A DNA stretch of 64,000 nucleotides from an uncultured Chthonomonadaceae bacterium (GCA_963817895.1 CAWFQB010000003.1:128001-192000); one strand, 5' to 3'; numbered from the stretch's first letter, positions 9,621 to 20,010 are shown. Notes: generated by a model not told the origin, from the letters alone. Made by a program: numbers and translations.

Positions 9621-11280
9621 TTGTCAAACTGGCTTTCGCGGCGGGGTTCGCTGCGAACGCAATTGATTGCGTGGAACATTGCGATTCTGGCCCTGCTGTT
9701 AGGCGGGTTGGGTCTGGTGATTCGGGGCGCGGTGTATGCCGCAATGCTGGCCTCCATAGACCGCGACCTTGAGGAACGCCTGCGCCATTTTCACGAGCCG
9801 CCCCCGCCCCCCGGCCCGCCCCGCCGCAATCCTCCCCCGAATACCGCTCTAAATTCCCCCGACAATGCCTCCCGTTTCCAATTCGCAGACGCCGTTCCGA
9901 CCTGAAGTGGAAGGCCCGCAGAACGCAGGCGATAACGCCCCCGGCCCGATGCGGCAACCTGACGGCAACGCCCCGCCGCGCCCACAACCGGAAAATGAGC
10001 GGACACCGCCTGATGAGGACGGCCCGCGCCCGCCGCGTCCTCCCAATTCCTCTTTTAGCGGACGGAACCAATCACAGCCGCCGCAGAATTCAGACCCGTA
10101 TCGTCCCCTGCCGCTCGACTTGCAGGGGCAGGTTTTGGGGCGACAGGAGACGCGCCGGATGTGGGACAGGGACGCCTTTACGCAGGCGTTAAAAGGAAAA
10201 CCGGTCTATTCCATCGCTGTTGCGGGCAAGGAACCGCTGCGCGTCCTGTCCCGGCGTTTCCCCGCGCAGGGCGCAATCGGGGGCGTGATACAGACCGCGT
10301 ACCCGCTTGGCGAGGTGTACCGGGCGCGGCAAGGATTGGATCGCGCCCTGCTGATGCTGATTCCCTTCGCGCTGGTATGCGCGGGACTGGCAGGCGCGTA
10401 TCTTACGGGGCGCGTTTTGCGGCGTGTCCGCTCCATGACGCTGGCGGCGGAGCAGATGGGGGCGCAGGCGTTTTCACAGCGCCTGCCTGTATCGGGCAAT
10501 GACGAGTTCGCCGGACTTGCCGAAACGTTCAACGGCCTGTTGGGACGGCTTGGAGGGCGCGTTCAAACAGCAGGAACAACTGCTCGAACAGCAGCGGCGT
10601 TTCACTGCCGACGCTTCGCACGAACTGAAAACCCCGCTTACTATTATCAAAGGCCATACCAGCCTGACTCTGAGCGACGCAGATGAGAATGATGCCGACA
10701 TTGCGCCCTATCGCCAATCCCTGCAAGAGATTGACCGCGCGGCGGATTCCATGTCGCATCTGGTACAGGATTTATTGCTGCTGGCCCGTTCTGATGGCGG
10801 GCAGTTGGGCCGAAATCCCATCAATCTGCTGCTGCGCGAAATTCTGGAACGCGCCATTTCCGCCGCGAGCATACATTCCGGCGCAAAGGCGATGCTGACG
10901 GTTGAGTGAGGAGGGGTTGTGCGTGTCGGGGAACGAAACGGAACTGATACGGCTGTTCGCGAAATCTGGTGGAAAACGCCATCCGGTACACGCCCGAAAC
11001 CGGCAGCGTGCATGTGTCCGCCTGCCGTCAGAACGGGCAGGTTCTGGTCACGATTGCGGATACGGGAATCGGCATCGCGCCCGAACATCTGCCGCATCTG
11101 GGCGAACGCTTTTATCGCGTGGACACCTCCCGCACCCGACCGACCGGCGGAACCGGACTTGGACTGTCCATCTGCAAAGGCATCGCGCAGGCGCATGGCG
11201 GAACCCTGACGTTTACAAGCGTCGTCGGCAAGGGAACAACGGTTGCGGTAGGCTTCCGGGGTAGGTTGTTAGGTTGTTAG
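9621..11280 (+). CDS. HAMP-domain sensor histidine kinase; several frameshifts (about 9900, 10550, 10905-10968)
   Basis: Two transmembrane segments, HAMP, DASHELKTPL, ENAIRY, DTGIGI and GGTGLGL across ORF pieces. Confidence 0.85.
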
Positions 11281-11352
11281 TTGTTAGTTGTTAGGATTGT
11301 GTCTTTATGGCAGAGTAGCGTACCATCTTGATGACTTAACGACCTAACAACC
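11262..11352. repeat. palindromic tandem repeat element (GGTTGTTA)
   Basis: The left arm overlaps the kinase stop codon; partial right arm. Confidence 0.8.
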
Positions 11353-11596
11353 TTAACAAAACGAAAAAGGCTCCTTCCGATGGATGCTGGAAGGAGCGAA
11401 TAACAATGTTTGGTTTTGCCGGTTGAATTATCGGGTTGGTTAAAAATCTTCTTTAGGGCAAATTTTTACAAGCGCGAACCTTTTCTCCCCCTGCTCGTAA
11501 CTGGTAATGAAACCTCGCCTCCATGATGGCGGCGAAAACAAAGTTTCAAAAAGCCTCGCAATCAGAGGCCGGGTAAGCAATTGAGGGAGATCCAAA

Positions 11597-12109
11597 ATGA
11601 GCCGACTGAATTCACTGCAAGACCTGTTTATTGACGAATTGAAAGACGTGTACCACGCCGAAAACCAGATCACCAAAGCGCTGCCCAAGATGGCGGATGC
11701 TGCCACGTCGCCCGAACTGAAAGCCGCCTTCGAGACGCATTTGCAGGAGACGCTGGGCCAGATCAAGCGACTGGAGCAGGTGTTCCAAACGCTGGACATC
11801 GCGCCGCAGGCCAAGCCGTGCAAGGCCATGCAGGGCATTATTGCCGAAGGCGAAGAGATGATGTCGGAAGACGCCAGGCCCACTGTCATGGATGCGGCCC
11901 TGATCTCGTCCGCGCAGCGCGTGGAACACTACGAAATCACCGGCTACGGCACACTGCGCACGTTCGCGCACGAGTTGGGCAACGAAGAAGCGGTTCGGCT
12001 GCTTCAGGAAACGCTGGATGAGGAGCGGGCCACCGACGAGAAACTGACCAAACTGGCGGAAACGCGCGTCAATTCCAAAGCGGTCGAAAGCGCGGGCGCG
12101 CTTCGTTAG
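11597..12109 (+). CDS. yciF: ferritin-like DUF892 protein (YciF-like)
   Basis: ELKDVYHAENQ, QRVEHYEI and LDEERATDEKL motifs. Confidence 0.88.
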   Translation: MSRLNSLQDLFIDELKDVYHAENQITKALPKMADAATSPELKAAFETHLQETLGQIKRLEQVFQTLDIAPQAKPCKAMQGIIAEGEEMMSEDARPTVMDAALISSAQRVEHYEITGYGTLRTFAHELGNEEAVRLLQETLDEERATDEKLTKLAETRVNSKAVESAGALR

Positions 12110-12204
12110 AGCACGGTTTGGGTACGGTTAGAAAACTCCGTTTGTATTTTCTGCCCCGCAGTATTTTTGACTGCGGGGCAGAATTGTTTGCAGGAAAGAA
12201 CGCT

Positions 12205-13173
12205 ATGCCTGTTCGCGCCTATTTATACGATGCTGAAGCGAAAGACCGCGAAGTGGCGCTGGAAGCTCCGCTTGTCGCCGGACTGACGGACGCGCAACTG
12301 TTATGGGTGGATGTCAACGGCGCGGAAGAGTTGGAACTGCGCTCTCTTGCCTCCCAATTTAATTTGAAACGGGAATCTGTGTATAATCTGCTGCACCCGG
12401 ATCGCCGCCCCCGTCTTGACAACTACGGCGATTATTTACAGTTCAACATGGATGCGGTGGAAGAAACAGACGGTAAATATCGGGTCGTAGAACTCACGTT
12501 CGTCGTCGGGCCCAACTTCGTGATTACGGTTCACTCCACGCCGGTCGCTTTTTTGAATAGTTTCGATCAGCGCGTGAAGGGCGACACGCAGATGGGGCAG
12601 TTGGATGCGAGCGCGTTTCTGGCCGCGCTGCTCGACTGGCACATCACCAGTTATTTTCGCATTGTGGAGCAGTTGGAGTCGCGGGTAGACCGTCTGGACA
12701 CGCTGACGCTGCGTTCGCGGCATCGGCGGGACGTGCTGACGGAACTGGCGAAACTGCGGCAGCGCGTGGCGTTTATTCGCCGGACGCTGACGCCCCACCG
12801 GGAAGTGTACGCCGCGCTGTCGCGCCCGGATTTTCAGGTGATCTCTAATTCCGACTCCGCCGCGCATTATGAACTGCTCAATGACCGTTTGCAGCGCGCC
12901 ATCGAAGCCGTTGAAAACGCGCGGGAACTGCTGGTCGGCTCCTTCGATATGTTCACCACGCAAACCGCCCTGCGTACCAATGAGGCCATGAAAACCCTGA
13001 CTATCGCCTCCTTTATCTGGTTTCCCGCCAGCGTAATTGTCGCCATTGCCGCGATGCTGCTGCGAACGCCCGTCAATCCGGTAGGAACGCCGGGTTTCTG
13101 GCTGATGATCGCGTCCATTGTGTTGATCGGCATCGGAACGATTGTCATGGCAAAATGGAGGAAGTGGGTGTAG
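12205..13173 (+). CDS. CorA-family divalent cation transporter
   Basis: Long helical cytoplasmic region, NEAMKTLT, two C-terminal transmembrane segments; the canonical GMN is not evident. Confidence 0.75.
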   Translation: MPVRAYLYDAEAKDREVALEAPLVAGLTDAQLLWVDVNGAEELELRSLASQFNLKRESVYNLLHPDRRPRLDNYGDYLQFNMDAVEETDGKYRVVELTFVVGPNFVITVHSTPVAFLNSFDQRVKGDTQMGQLDASAFLAALLDWHITSYFRIVEQLESRVDRLDTLTLRSRHRRDVLTELAKLRQRVAFIRRTLTPHREVYAALSRPDFQVISNSDSAAHYELLNDRLQRAIEAVENARELLVGSFDMFTTQTALRTNEAMKTLTIASFIWFPASVIVAIAAMLLRTPVNPVGTPGFWLMIASIVLIGIGTIVMAKWRKWV

Positions 13174-13322
13174 GCGAAGGATGAGGGATGAAGGACGAAA
13201 GCGGCACATTTGAGAGTTGTATTACCATTCTCATAAACTGCTTATTCCGGGCGCAGACTGGCTGGTTGAAGGTTCATTAGCGGGGGCGTTCATGCTTCGG
13301 CTCAGGGAAAGGAAAAGGAAGA

Positions 13323-13830
13323 GTGGCAGACGATACGCCGGTGTCGAAACCGGAAGCCGAATTTGTTTTGCAGAAGGTGCAGCCGGCATTGTTAGGATTG
13401 ATGGATGGTTCGGTTTCCACGCTCGCGCCCCTGTTTGCCGCCGCCGGACTGACCCATAAACCCATGCAGGCGTTTTATGTGGGACTGGCGGCTTCGGTTG
13501 GGGCGGGCATCAGCATGGGACTGGCCGAAGCGCTTTCCGACGACGGAACGGTAACGGGCAGGGGCAAGCCCCATTCTGCGCGGCGTGATTACCGGACTGG
13601 CGACTACATTGGGCGGGATGCTGCATACCCTGCCGTTTCTATTGGGCGATCTGAATACCGCTCTGAAATTCGCGTATGGCGTGGTCGTGGCGGAACTGCT
13701 CGGCATCGCGTTCATCCGCTGGCGCTTCATGAAAAGCCCGCTCGGACAAACCGTAGCGCAGGTGATTGTCGGCGGCGGCATCGTCTTCCTCATCGGGATA
13801 TGGCTGGGCAAGTTAGGCGCGGGAGGATAG
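13323..13830 (+). CDS. VIT1/CCC1-family membrane protein; frameshift near 13570
   Basis: [26 protein letters not shown] and GGMLHTLPF motifs. Confidence 0.8.
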
Positions 13831-13939
13831 CGGCAAAAACAAACCGGCCTGTGTCTTCCGTTCTTGGTGGAAGAGACAGGCCGGGGTTGGGGAACGGCAT
13901 TGCTTGCGGGTCATGGGGACACCGCAACGCGCCGGAGGG

Positions 13940-14455
13940 CTAACCCTCCTCATCGCCGTTCATCTGTATGTAGACATCGCGGATACGCCGGACGTGATAC
14001 GCGACATTGGCGGACGTGCAGCCGACAATCGCGCCCACTTCGCGCCAGGTGTAGCCCTCCATCAGCGCGCGCAGGATTCGCTGCTGCGTAATGGTCAGGC
14101 GGGCAAACAACGCGCCTAAATCCACATTACTCCGCGCGTCCAGGTACGATGCCATACTGGGGGGAACATCGTCGAGCGCGACGTGCTGCCGCCGCCGCTG
14201 CCTGCGGATTGTATCCAAAATGCGCCAGCGCGCCCGTTTCAGCAGATGCTGTTCCGGCGTGCCGACCGAGTGATCCAAACGCGGCAGGATTTCCAGCACA
14301 GCAAGCCACGCTTCCTGACGCAGATCGTCCTCATCCACGCCGCAGCGACGCCCGAAGTACGACGCCATTTTCTCCACACGAGTTTGTATCAATTCCATCA
14401 ATCGGGCATGATCGGGCGCGTCGCCCCGCTCTGCCCGTTCCAATAACGGTTGCAT
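13940..14455 (-). CDS. small sigma-70 family sigma factor (SigH/ComX-like or ECF-like), no adjacent anti-sigma
   Basis: [11 protein letters not shown] (region 2), LT..QQRIL...GYTWREVG...VAYHVRRIR (region 4 HTH), GAGGAG ribosome-binding site. Confidence 0.8.
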   Translation of the reverse strand: MQPLLERAERGDAPDHARLMELIQTRVEKMASYFGRRCGVDEDDLRQEAWLAVLEILPRLDHSVGTPEQHLLKRARWRILDTIRRQRRRQHVALDDVPPSMASYLDARSNVDLGALFARLTITQQRILRALMEGYTWREVGAIVGCTSANVAYHVRRIRDVYIQMNGDEEG

Positions 14456-14625
14456 CACACGCTTCTCCTCAAAAGAAGAATTCTCAAAAGAATCCTCAAG
14501 AATTCTCGAAAGAACTTTCAAACCACAAGAAGATACATCCACCGATGCGGCTCACAGACTTTTGCCGGCAACGAATCGGGAACCTGCCTCTGGCAAGGTC
14601 AACCCGTTCCCATTCACCTGTCCAC

Positions 14626-14663
14626 AAAAAAGCCGCCCCTGTGGTTTATCCACCGGGCGGCTC
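14626..14663 (-). terminator. intrinsic terminator
   Basis: GAGCCGCCC...GGGCGGC followed by TTTTTT on the minus strand. Confidence 0.7.
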
Positions 14664-15212
14664 GCGTTCAGGAGACGTTGGCGGACACGCGCAAGTATTC
14701 GGAACGCGCAGCAAATTGCTGCGCCCCGGATCGCGCGGTCCCTGTCTGCAAGTCTTCTCGTAATTCGTGAGAAGAAGCGGTCGCGTTGAGGCGTTCTCAA
14801 CGCGCTGACGAACGACACGAAGGTCGCGGCATCAAGCGCGGGAGAACTGTCCTCGCGGTGGACAAGGCCGAACCAAAACATTGATCGGCGCCCGGCGCGT
14901 ATTCGCCCCGATGCGCGCTCCAATCGGCGCTATGGCCGAAATGTGGGTTGTTCGCAACACTTTCCACCTCCGTAAAGAATTTTCCAGAGAAATCTTCCAC
15001 TCATGGCTTGTGTGCGGCTGCGAACTGGCGAACGGAATATTCGCCAATACAGCCCGGAGGGGGAGCGACAAAACAGAAATGCCAGGCAGCCTGCCGAATT
15101 GCAGGCGCGGATGCGTTTTGCGAGTCATTTCCATTCCTTGTTCTCCCGAACTCCTCTGCCGAATGTTTCGTTTCTAAAATGATTTCGAAGAATAACCCGG
15201 CAACTTGCACAC
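14626..15212 (-). ncRNA. candidate large structured non-coding RNA (about 590 nt), family not recognised
   Basis: At least 10 local hairpins plus nested long-range helices; bracketed by a promoter-like site and a terminator on the minus strand; no convincing ORF. Confidence 0.5.
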
Positions 15213-15219
15213 GATGTAT

Positions 15220-15248
15220 AGTATACGCCTTTTATGCGCGGCTGACCA
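15220..15248 (-). promoter_or_regulatory. putative sigma70 promoter for the candidate ncRNA
   Basis: TGGTCA-N17-TATACT. Confidence 0.45.
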
Positions 15249-15589
15249 GAGGCTGACAGCCAATTTTCAGTCGCAAGCGCAAAAATTTGTACTACGCCCG
15301 CTTTATCGGCGGCAGGCTTTGCCCTGCTAAAGACGCTTCAAAGAATTTTTGATAAAATTTTGTTCTGATGCCTTATCTGCTTCACCCGGCGTCAGGAGAA
15401 CTGAGGAGATACAAAGAGAAAGCTAAAAACGGCGTGTAGGAGTTTTGTAGGAGTGGCCGGGATATACTGCCCACGGGATGAATTCGTCACAATTTACGAA
15501 TGAGCGGCAACATCTTTTCAGTTATACTCTGCCCTGCTCTCCCGGCTCTTTATGTAGTAATGACATGTTTGACAAAGGAGACGTTTATT

Positions 15590-16276
15590 ATGTGGATAGG
15601 CAAACTGGTTTGCGCTGCGCTGCTGCCTCTGTGCGGTATTGCCGCTTGCGCTCTTTCGGCGTCATCGGCTTCGGCGCAACAGACCTTGAATTTTACGGTG
15701 GACGGTCAGGCGCAACCCTGGCAGTTCGTCAGTGGCGGGCTGAATACCGGCTTTCAGTTTGGCATCAACGATGGGATTACGCCGACCGTTGTGAGCGCCT
15801 CAGATGGCTATGACTTCACGCCGGGTGGTTCCTTTACTGTCACCTACGTTTCCGGCCTGACCAGCGCGTTTATTGGTTTAGCGCCATCGTTGGATGGTAT
15901 CGGGGATACGGGCTACGATTCCAGCGGCTTTGGCGGCAGCAGTGGCAACGGTTTTCCCAGCAAGTATGTAGACCCGGCTTCGTATCCGGTCTATTTGAAC
16001 GCGCTCGTGGGCACGTTCGCCGACAACTCGGGGGCGATTGTGGGTACGCCGTTCTTTCTTGGGAATGGCCCTGCCTCTGAAATTGTTCCTGTGGGAGCCA
16101 CCCGGCTGCAGTTGGGAATCAATGATGACGTTTTTTCGGACAATCTGGGTTCTCTCACCGTCAGCGTGTTCGGCCCAACCCCTGCCCTCGTTCCCGAACC
16201 CGGCAGTATCGCGCTCCTTGTCGGCATGAGCCTGACCGGAGCCGCCTTTCTCCGCCGCCGTAAACAGTCCCGCTAA
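15590..16276 (+). CDS. PEP-CTERM sorting-domain protein
   Basis: Signal peptide; C-terminal VPEPGS, transmembrane segment and RRRK. Confidence 0.9.
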   Translation: MWIGKLVCAALLPLCGIAACALSASSASAQQTLNFTVDGQAQPWQFVSGGLNTGFQFGINDGITPTVVSASDGYDFTPGGSFTVTYVSGLTSAFIGLAPSLDGIGDTGYDSSGFGGSSGNGFPSKYVDPASYPVYLNALVGTFADNSGAIVGTPFFLGNGPASEIVPVGATRLQLGINDDVFSDNLGSLTVSVFGPTPALVPEPGSIALLVGMSLTGAAFLRRRKQSR

Positions 16277-16300
16277 CGCCTGAACCTGAACATAACCTCA

Positions 16301-16340
16301 AAAAGCCGGACAGAGTATTCCGTTACTCTGTCCGGCTTTT
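16301..16340. terminator. bidirectional intrinsic terminator
   Basis: AAAAGCCGGACAGAGTA...TACTCTGTCCGGCTTTT. Confidence 0.85.
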
Positions 16341-16406
16341 AAACGTTTTGAGATTTACAGAAGAAAAAAGCCCACTTTCGGCCTATGTTGCCGCATGTTG
16401 CCGCAA

Positions 16407-16436
16407 TTGACACATATTTGCGCGAAGTGGTACAAT
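16407..16436 (+). promoter_or_regulatory. sigma70 promoter of dxs
   Basis: TTGACA-N18-TACAAT with extended TG. Confidence 0.65.
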
Positions 16437-16580
16437 TTCGGGAACCGTTCCGGCTCACAGGGTTCTCTATACCTGTATTCGGTCACAACGGAACCTATTC
16501 CGCGTATTCTCACTATTAATAAGTATTAAGGACGGCGGCAGCGATGCCGTTTCCTGTTATCACATAAGGGGTACATCTGA

Positions 16581-18629
16581 ATGTACGATTTGCTGTCCCG
16601 TGTGCATAGTCCCGCCGATCTGAAAACGCTTTCGCGCGATCAGTTGAAACAGGTTGCCAACGAACTGCGTCAGGCAATCATTGACAACCTTTCCAAAACA
16701 GGCGGCCATTTCGCGTCCGATCTGGGCGCCACTGACCTGATTCTCGCGCTTCATACCGTGTACAACGTCCCCAAAGACAAAATTATCTGGGACACGGGGC
16801 ATCAGTGCTACGCGCACAAAATGCTCACGGGGCGGCTGGATAGGTTCGAGACGCTGCGGCAGTATGGCGGTCTGAGCGGATTTCTGCGCCGGGAGGAGAG
16901 CGATTTCGATCTGTTCGGCGCAGGACACGCGGGAACCAGCATCTCCGCCGCGTATGGCTTTGCGGTTGCCCGCGACCTTGCCGGCAACACCAAAGATGAG
17001 CATGTCCTTGCCGTGATTGGCGACGCCAGCATGACGGCGGGCATGGCGCTGGAAGGGCTGCACAACGCGGGACACAGCGGGCGCAAATTCGTGGTCGTCC
17101 TCAACGACAACGATATGAGCATTGCTGAAAGCGTGGGCGCGCTGTCCACCTATCTCGCCAAATTGCGCTCGTCGCGCCTGTATCAGAACGTGGAAGCGCA
17201 AACCAAAAGCGCCCTCAAAATCGTTCCCGGCGCGCCCGGTCGCCTGATTACCCGCGCCGCCAGCAGCGTTTTGCGCCAGAACTTGACGCACCTTGTTTCC
17301 GCCGATAATTCCGGCGTCCTCTTTGAAGAACTGGGCTTCAAGTATTTCGGGCCGGTTGACGGCCACGATGTTGACCTGATGATAGATTTGTTCACGGCTA
17401 TCAAGCAGATAGACGGCCCCGTTTTCGTACACCTGCGCACCTTCAAGGGCAAGGGGTACGATCCCGCCGAGGGCGACGCGCGCAAGTGGCATGCGGTTAC
17501 GCCGCCCATGTTCAAGGACACGGCGGCAGGCACGGCCAGCGGCAGCAAGTCCAGCGGACAGACATGGACGAGCGTTTTCAGCAACGCCCTGATTGAAATG
17601 GCCGCGCAGGACCCGAAGATTGTGGCGATTACGGCTGCAATGCCGGACGGAACCGGCCTGACCAAGTTCAGCCAGGTTTACCCGGATCGCTATTTCGATA
17701 CCGCTATTGCCGAACAACACGCGGTCGGATTCGCGGCGGGACTTGCCGCATGTGGCATCAAGCCGGTCACGACAATCTACAGCACGTTTTTGCAGCGCGC
17801 TTACGACATGATCGAGCATGACGTGGCGCTTCAGAACCTGCCCGTAATTTTCTGCATGGATCGCGCCGGACTGGTGGGCGACGACGGCCCGACCCATCAC
17901 GGCGTTTTCGACATCGCGTATCTGCGCCACATTCCCAATGTCACGATGCTCGCGCCCAAAGACGGCCCGGAATTCGACCTGATGCTGCGCTACATGATTC
18001 AGGAACACGTTGTCGGTTCCCATTCCGGCCCAATCGCCATCCGCTACCCGCGCGGCAACGCGCCGAGCATTGATTGGCCCGCAAATCAGGGGTCAGGGGT
18101 CAGAGGTCAGGGGTCAGGGGAGAACGGCCTGACACCTGAAACCCGATACCTGACACCTGCTATTGAATGGGGCAAGGCGGAAGTGCTGATGGAGGGCGAG
18201 GATGTGGCGATGCTGGCGTATGGCAACATGGTCGCGCCCGCGTTTGAAGCCGCGCAAACCCTACAGGCCGAGGGTGTCAGCGTTCATTTCGTCAATCTGC
18301 GCTGGGCCAAGCCGCTGGATAAGCAGGTGATTGTGGATGCGGCGCGGCGTACCGGCAAAGTGATCGTGATGGAAGAGGGCGTTGTCACGGGTGGCGTCGG
18401 CACGGGCGTACTGGAAGTGTTGGCGGAAAACGGTGTGTCCAATGTAAAGGTGAAATTGTTCGGTGTGCCGGACAAGTTTATCGAGCATGGCGCGATTCCC
18501 ATTCTGCATCGCCTGTGCATGTTGACCGCGCCGGACTTTGCCGCCGCCGCCCGCGACCTGATGGGCAGGCCGCAGCCGGAACCCGAACGCATGACGCATG
18601 ACGGCCCGCATGAAGCGCTGACGGCGTGA
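16581..18629 (+). CDS. dxs: 1-deoxy-D-xylulose-5-phosphate synthase
   Basis: GGHF, WDTGHQCYAHK, GAGHAGTSIS, IAEQHAV and DRAGLVGDDGPTHHG motifs. Confidence 0.97.
   Translation: MYDLLSRVHSPADLKTLSRDQLKQVANELRQAIIDNLSKTGGHFASDLGATDLILALHTVYNVPKDKIIWDTGHQCYAHKMLTGRLDRFETLRQYGGLSGFLRREESDFDLFGAGHAGTSISAAYGFAVARDLAGNTKDEHVLAVIGDASMTAGMALEGLHNAGHSGRKFVVVLNDNDMSIAESVGALSTYLAKLRSSRLYQNVEAQTKSALKIVPGAPGRLITRAASSVLRQNLTHLVSADNSGVLFEELGFKYFGPVDGHDVDLMIDLFTAIKQIDGPVFVHLRTFKGKGYDPAEGDARKWHAVTPPMFKDTAAGTASGSKSSGQTWTSVFSNALIEMAAQDPKIVAITAAMPDGTGLTKFSQVYPDRYFDTAIAEQHAVGFAAGLAACGIKPVTTIYSTFLQRAYDMIEHDVALQNLPVIFCMDRAGLVGDDGPTHHGVFDIAYLRHIPNVTMLAPKDGPEFDLMLRYMIQEHVVGSHSGPIAIRYPRGNAPSIDWPANQGSGVRGQGSGENGLTPETRYLTPAIEWGKAEVLMEGEDVAMLAYGNMVAPAFEAAQTLQAEGVSVHFVNLRWAKPLDKQVIVDAARRTGKVIVMEEGVVTGGVGTGVLEVLAENGVSNVKVKLFGVPDKFIEHGAIPILHRLCMLTAPDFAAAARDLMGRPQPEPERMTHDGPHEALTA
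18086..18159. repeat. palindromic heptamer element (GGGTCAG/CCTGACA) inside dxs, in frame
   Basis: Translates as QGSGVRGQGSGENGLTPETRYLTP. Confidence 0.85.
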
Positions 18630-18677
18630 TACGAGTTGATAGTTGATAGTCCGTAAATCTGTAACTTTCCAATGTTG

Positions 18678-18701
18678 GTAGGGGCGCTGCTTGCTGCGCC
18701 C
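18678..18701 (+). repeat. GTAG-type REP-like palindrome
   Basis: GTAGGGGCGCTGCTTGCTGCGCCC; related copies at 21142, 48518 and 59385, and inverted at 59523. Confidence 0.75.
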
Positions 18702-18780
18702 AACCGCGTACTGCGCCCAACGCGGTAGGAAATGATAGGTTTACAGCTACAAAGCATCAGGGGCAGGCGTTGGAAGTTGC

Positions 18781-20010
18781 GTGGAGCAGGGCGTGAGCGT
18801 ACCCGAACGGATCATCATTCGCGGCGTGAAATGGCTTGGCGACGCCGTGATGACAATGCCTGCCCTGTGCCGCTTGCGGGAAGCGTTTCCCGACGCGCAT
18901 ATCACTGTGCTATCACCGCCCAAACTGGCAGAGTTGTACCAGTGCCAGCCTGCTATCAGCGCCGTAATTACAGCGGAGGGTGACGAGTCGGCGTTTGCGC
19001 TCACGTCCCGGCTGCGCGCGAACCGTTATGACACCGCCCTGATTTTTACCCATTCGGGACGAACCGCGCTGCCGTTTCTGCTGGCGGGTATTCCCCGGCG
19101 CGTCGGGTATGGCGAACGGGGCCGCGCGTGGATGCTGACCGATGCCATTCAGCCCGATTTCGCCATCAAGATACATCGCCGCCCGGAAAAGGAGATACGG
19201 CGACTGACCCTGCCCTCTGCCACGCCTGTCATGCTCCACGCCCCGAACCTGTCCACTCCGCCGCCTATGCCAATCGGGTTTCGGCTTCCTCCGCCTTTTG
19301 GCAAACCGCCCCGCCCGCACATTCACCACATCCACCACTATTTACGTCTGGCGGCGATTGTAGGCGCAAATCCTGAACCCATCGCGCCCCACCTGACGGT
19401 TTCTCAAGAAGATGTACAAGCGATTATGCGGCGTTTCGGTCTGCCTGCCTCTGATTCCAACATTCCCCTCATCGGCCTGAATCCCGGCGCGGAATACGGA
19501 TTGGCGAAACGCTGGCCGGAAGAACGCTTTATCGAAACGGCGCGAAGGGTACAGGAACGCTTCTCCTGCCGTTGGGTCGTAATAGGCGGCAAGGCGGATA
19601 TGGAACTGGCGACGCGCATTGCGGATGGAATTCAGAGCGGGGAGACGTCCGCGCAACAAACCGTCTGGAACATTGCCGGACAAACCAGTCTGCGCGAATT
19701 ATGCGCCGCATTGCGCGTGTGCGATATGGTGTTGAGCAACGATACCGGGCCGACTCACGTTGCCGCCGCAGTGGGTACGCCCGTCGTGGTTCCGTTCGGC
19801 AGCACGGCTCCGCAGATTACCGGACCGGGTTTGCCGGGGGACGCGCGGCATCGCCTGCTGCAATCCAACGCGCCCTGCGCCCCCTGTTTCCATCGCGTCT
19901 GCCCCATAGATTTTCGGTGCATGAATGGCATTGCCGTGGCGCAGGTTGTGGACGCGCTGACAGGCATGTATGAGCAACAGCAGCAAAGTGGGGTAAAATC
20001 AAAAATATGA
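18781..20010 (+). CDS. waaF: glycosyltransferase family 9 (lipopolysaccharide heptosyltransferase II-like)
   Basis: WLGDAVM, LNPGAEYGLAKRWP and NDTGPTHVAAA motifs. Confidence 0.85.
   Translation: MEQGVSVPERIIIRGVKWLGDAVMTMPALCRLREAFPDAHITVLSPPKLAELYQCQPAISAVITAEGDESAFALTSRLRANRYDTALIFTHSGRTALPFLLAGIPRRVGYGERGRAWMLTDAIQPDFAIKIHRRPEKEIRRLTLPSATPVMLHAPNLSTPPPMPIGFRLPPPFGKPPRPHIHHIHHYLRLAAIVGANPEPIAPHLTVSQEDVQAIMRRFGLPASDSNIPLIGLNPGAEYGLAKRWPEERFIETARRVQERFSCRWVVIGGKADMELATRIADGIQSGETSAQQTVWNIAGQTSLRELCAALRVCDMVLSNDTGPTHVAAAVGTPVVVPFGSTAPQITGPGLPGDARHRLLQSNAPCAPCFHRVCPIDFRCMNGIAVAQVVDALTGMYEQQQQSGVKSKI

Noticed and set aside
10901..10909. TGA in the histidine kinase as a second selenocysteine codon
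   Set aside because: The protein continues in a different frame, the position is not a Cys site, and it lies in a frameshift cluster.
14626..15212. Calling the structured region a bona fide group II intron, RNase P RNA or tmRNA
   Set aside because: There is no reverse transcriptase ORF, the domain V-like hairpin runs into a T-tract with no adjacent bulged-A domain VI, and the RNase P and tmRNA signature sequences are absent. Kept only as an unclassified candidate.
16560..18023. Long antisense ORFs (also 33538-34848, 45456-46760, 48790-50055 and 5802-6971)
   Set aside because: They are shadows of well-supported genes on the opposite strand in GC-rich DNA, with no recognisable motifs.
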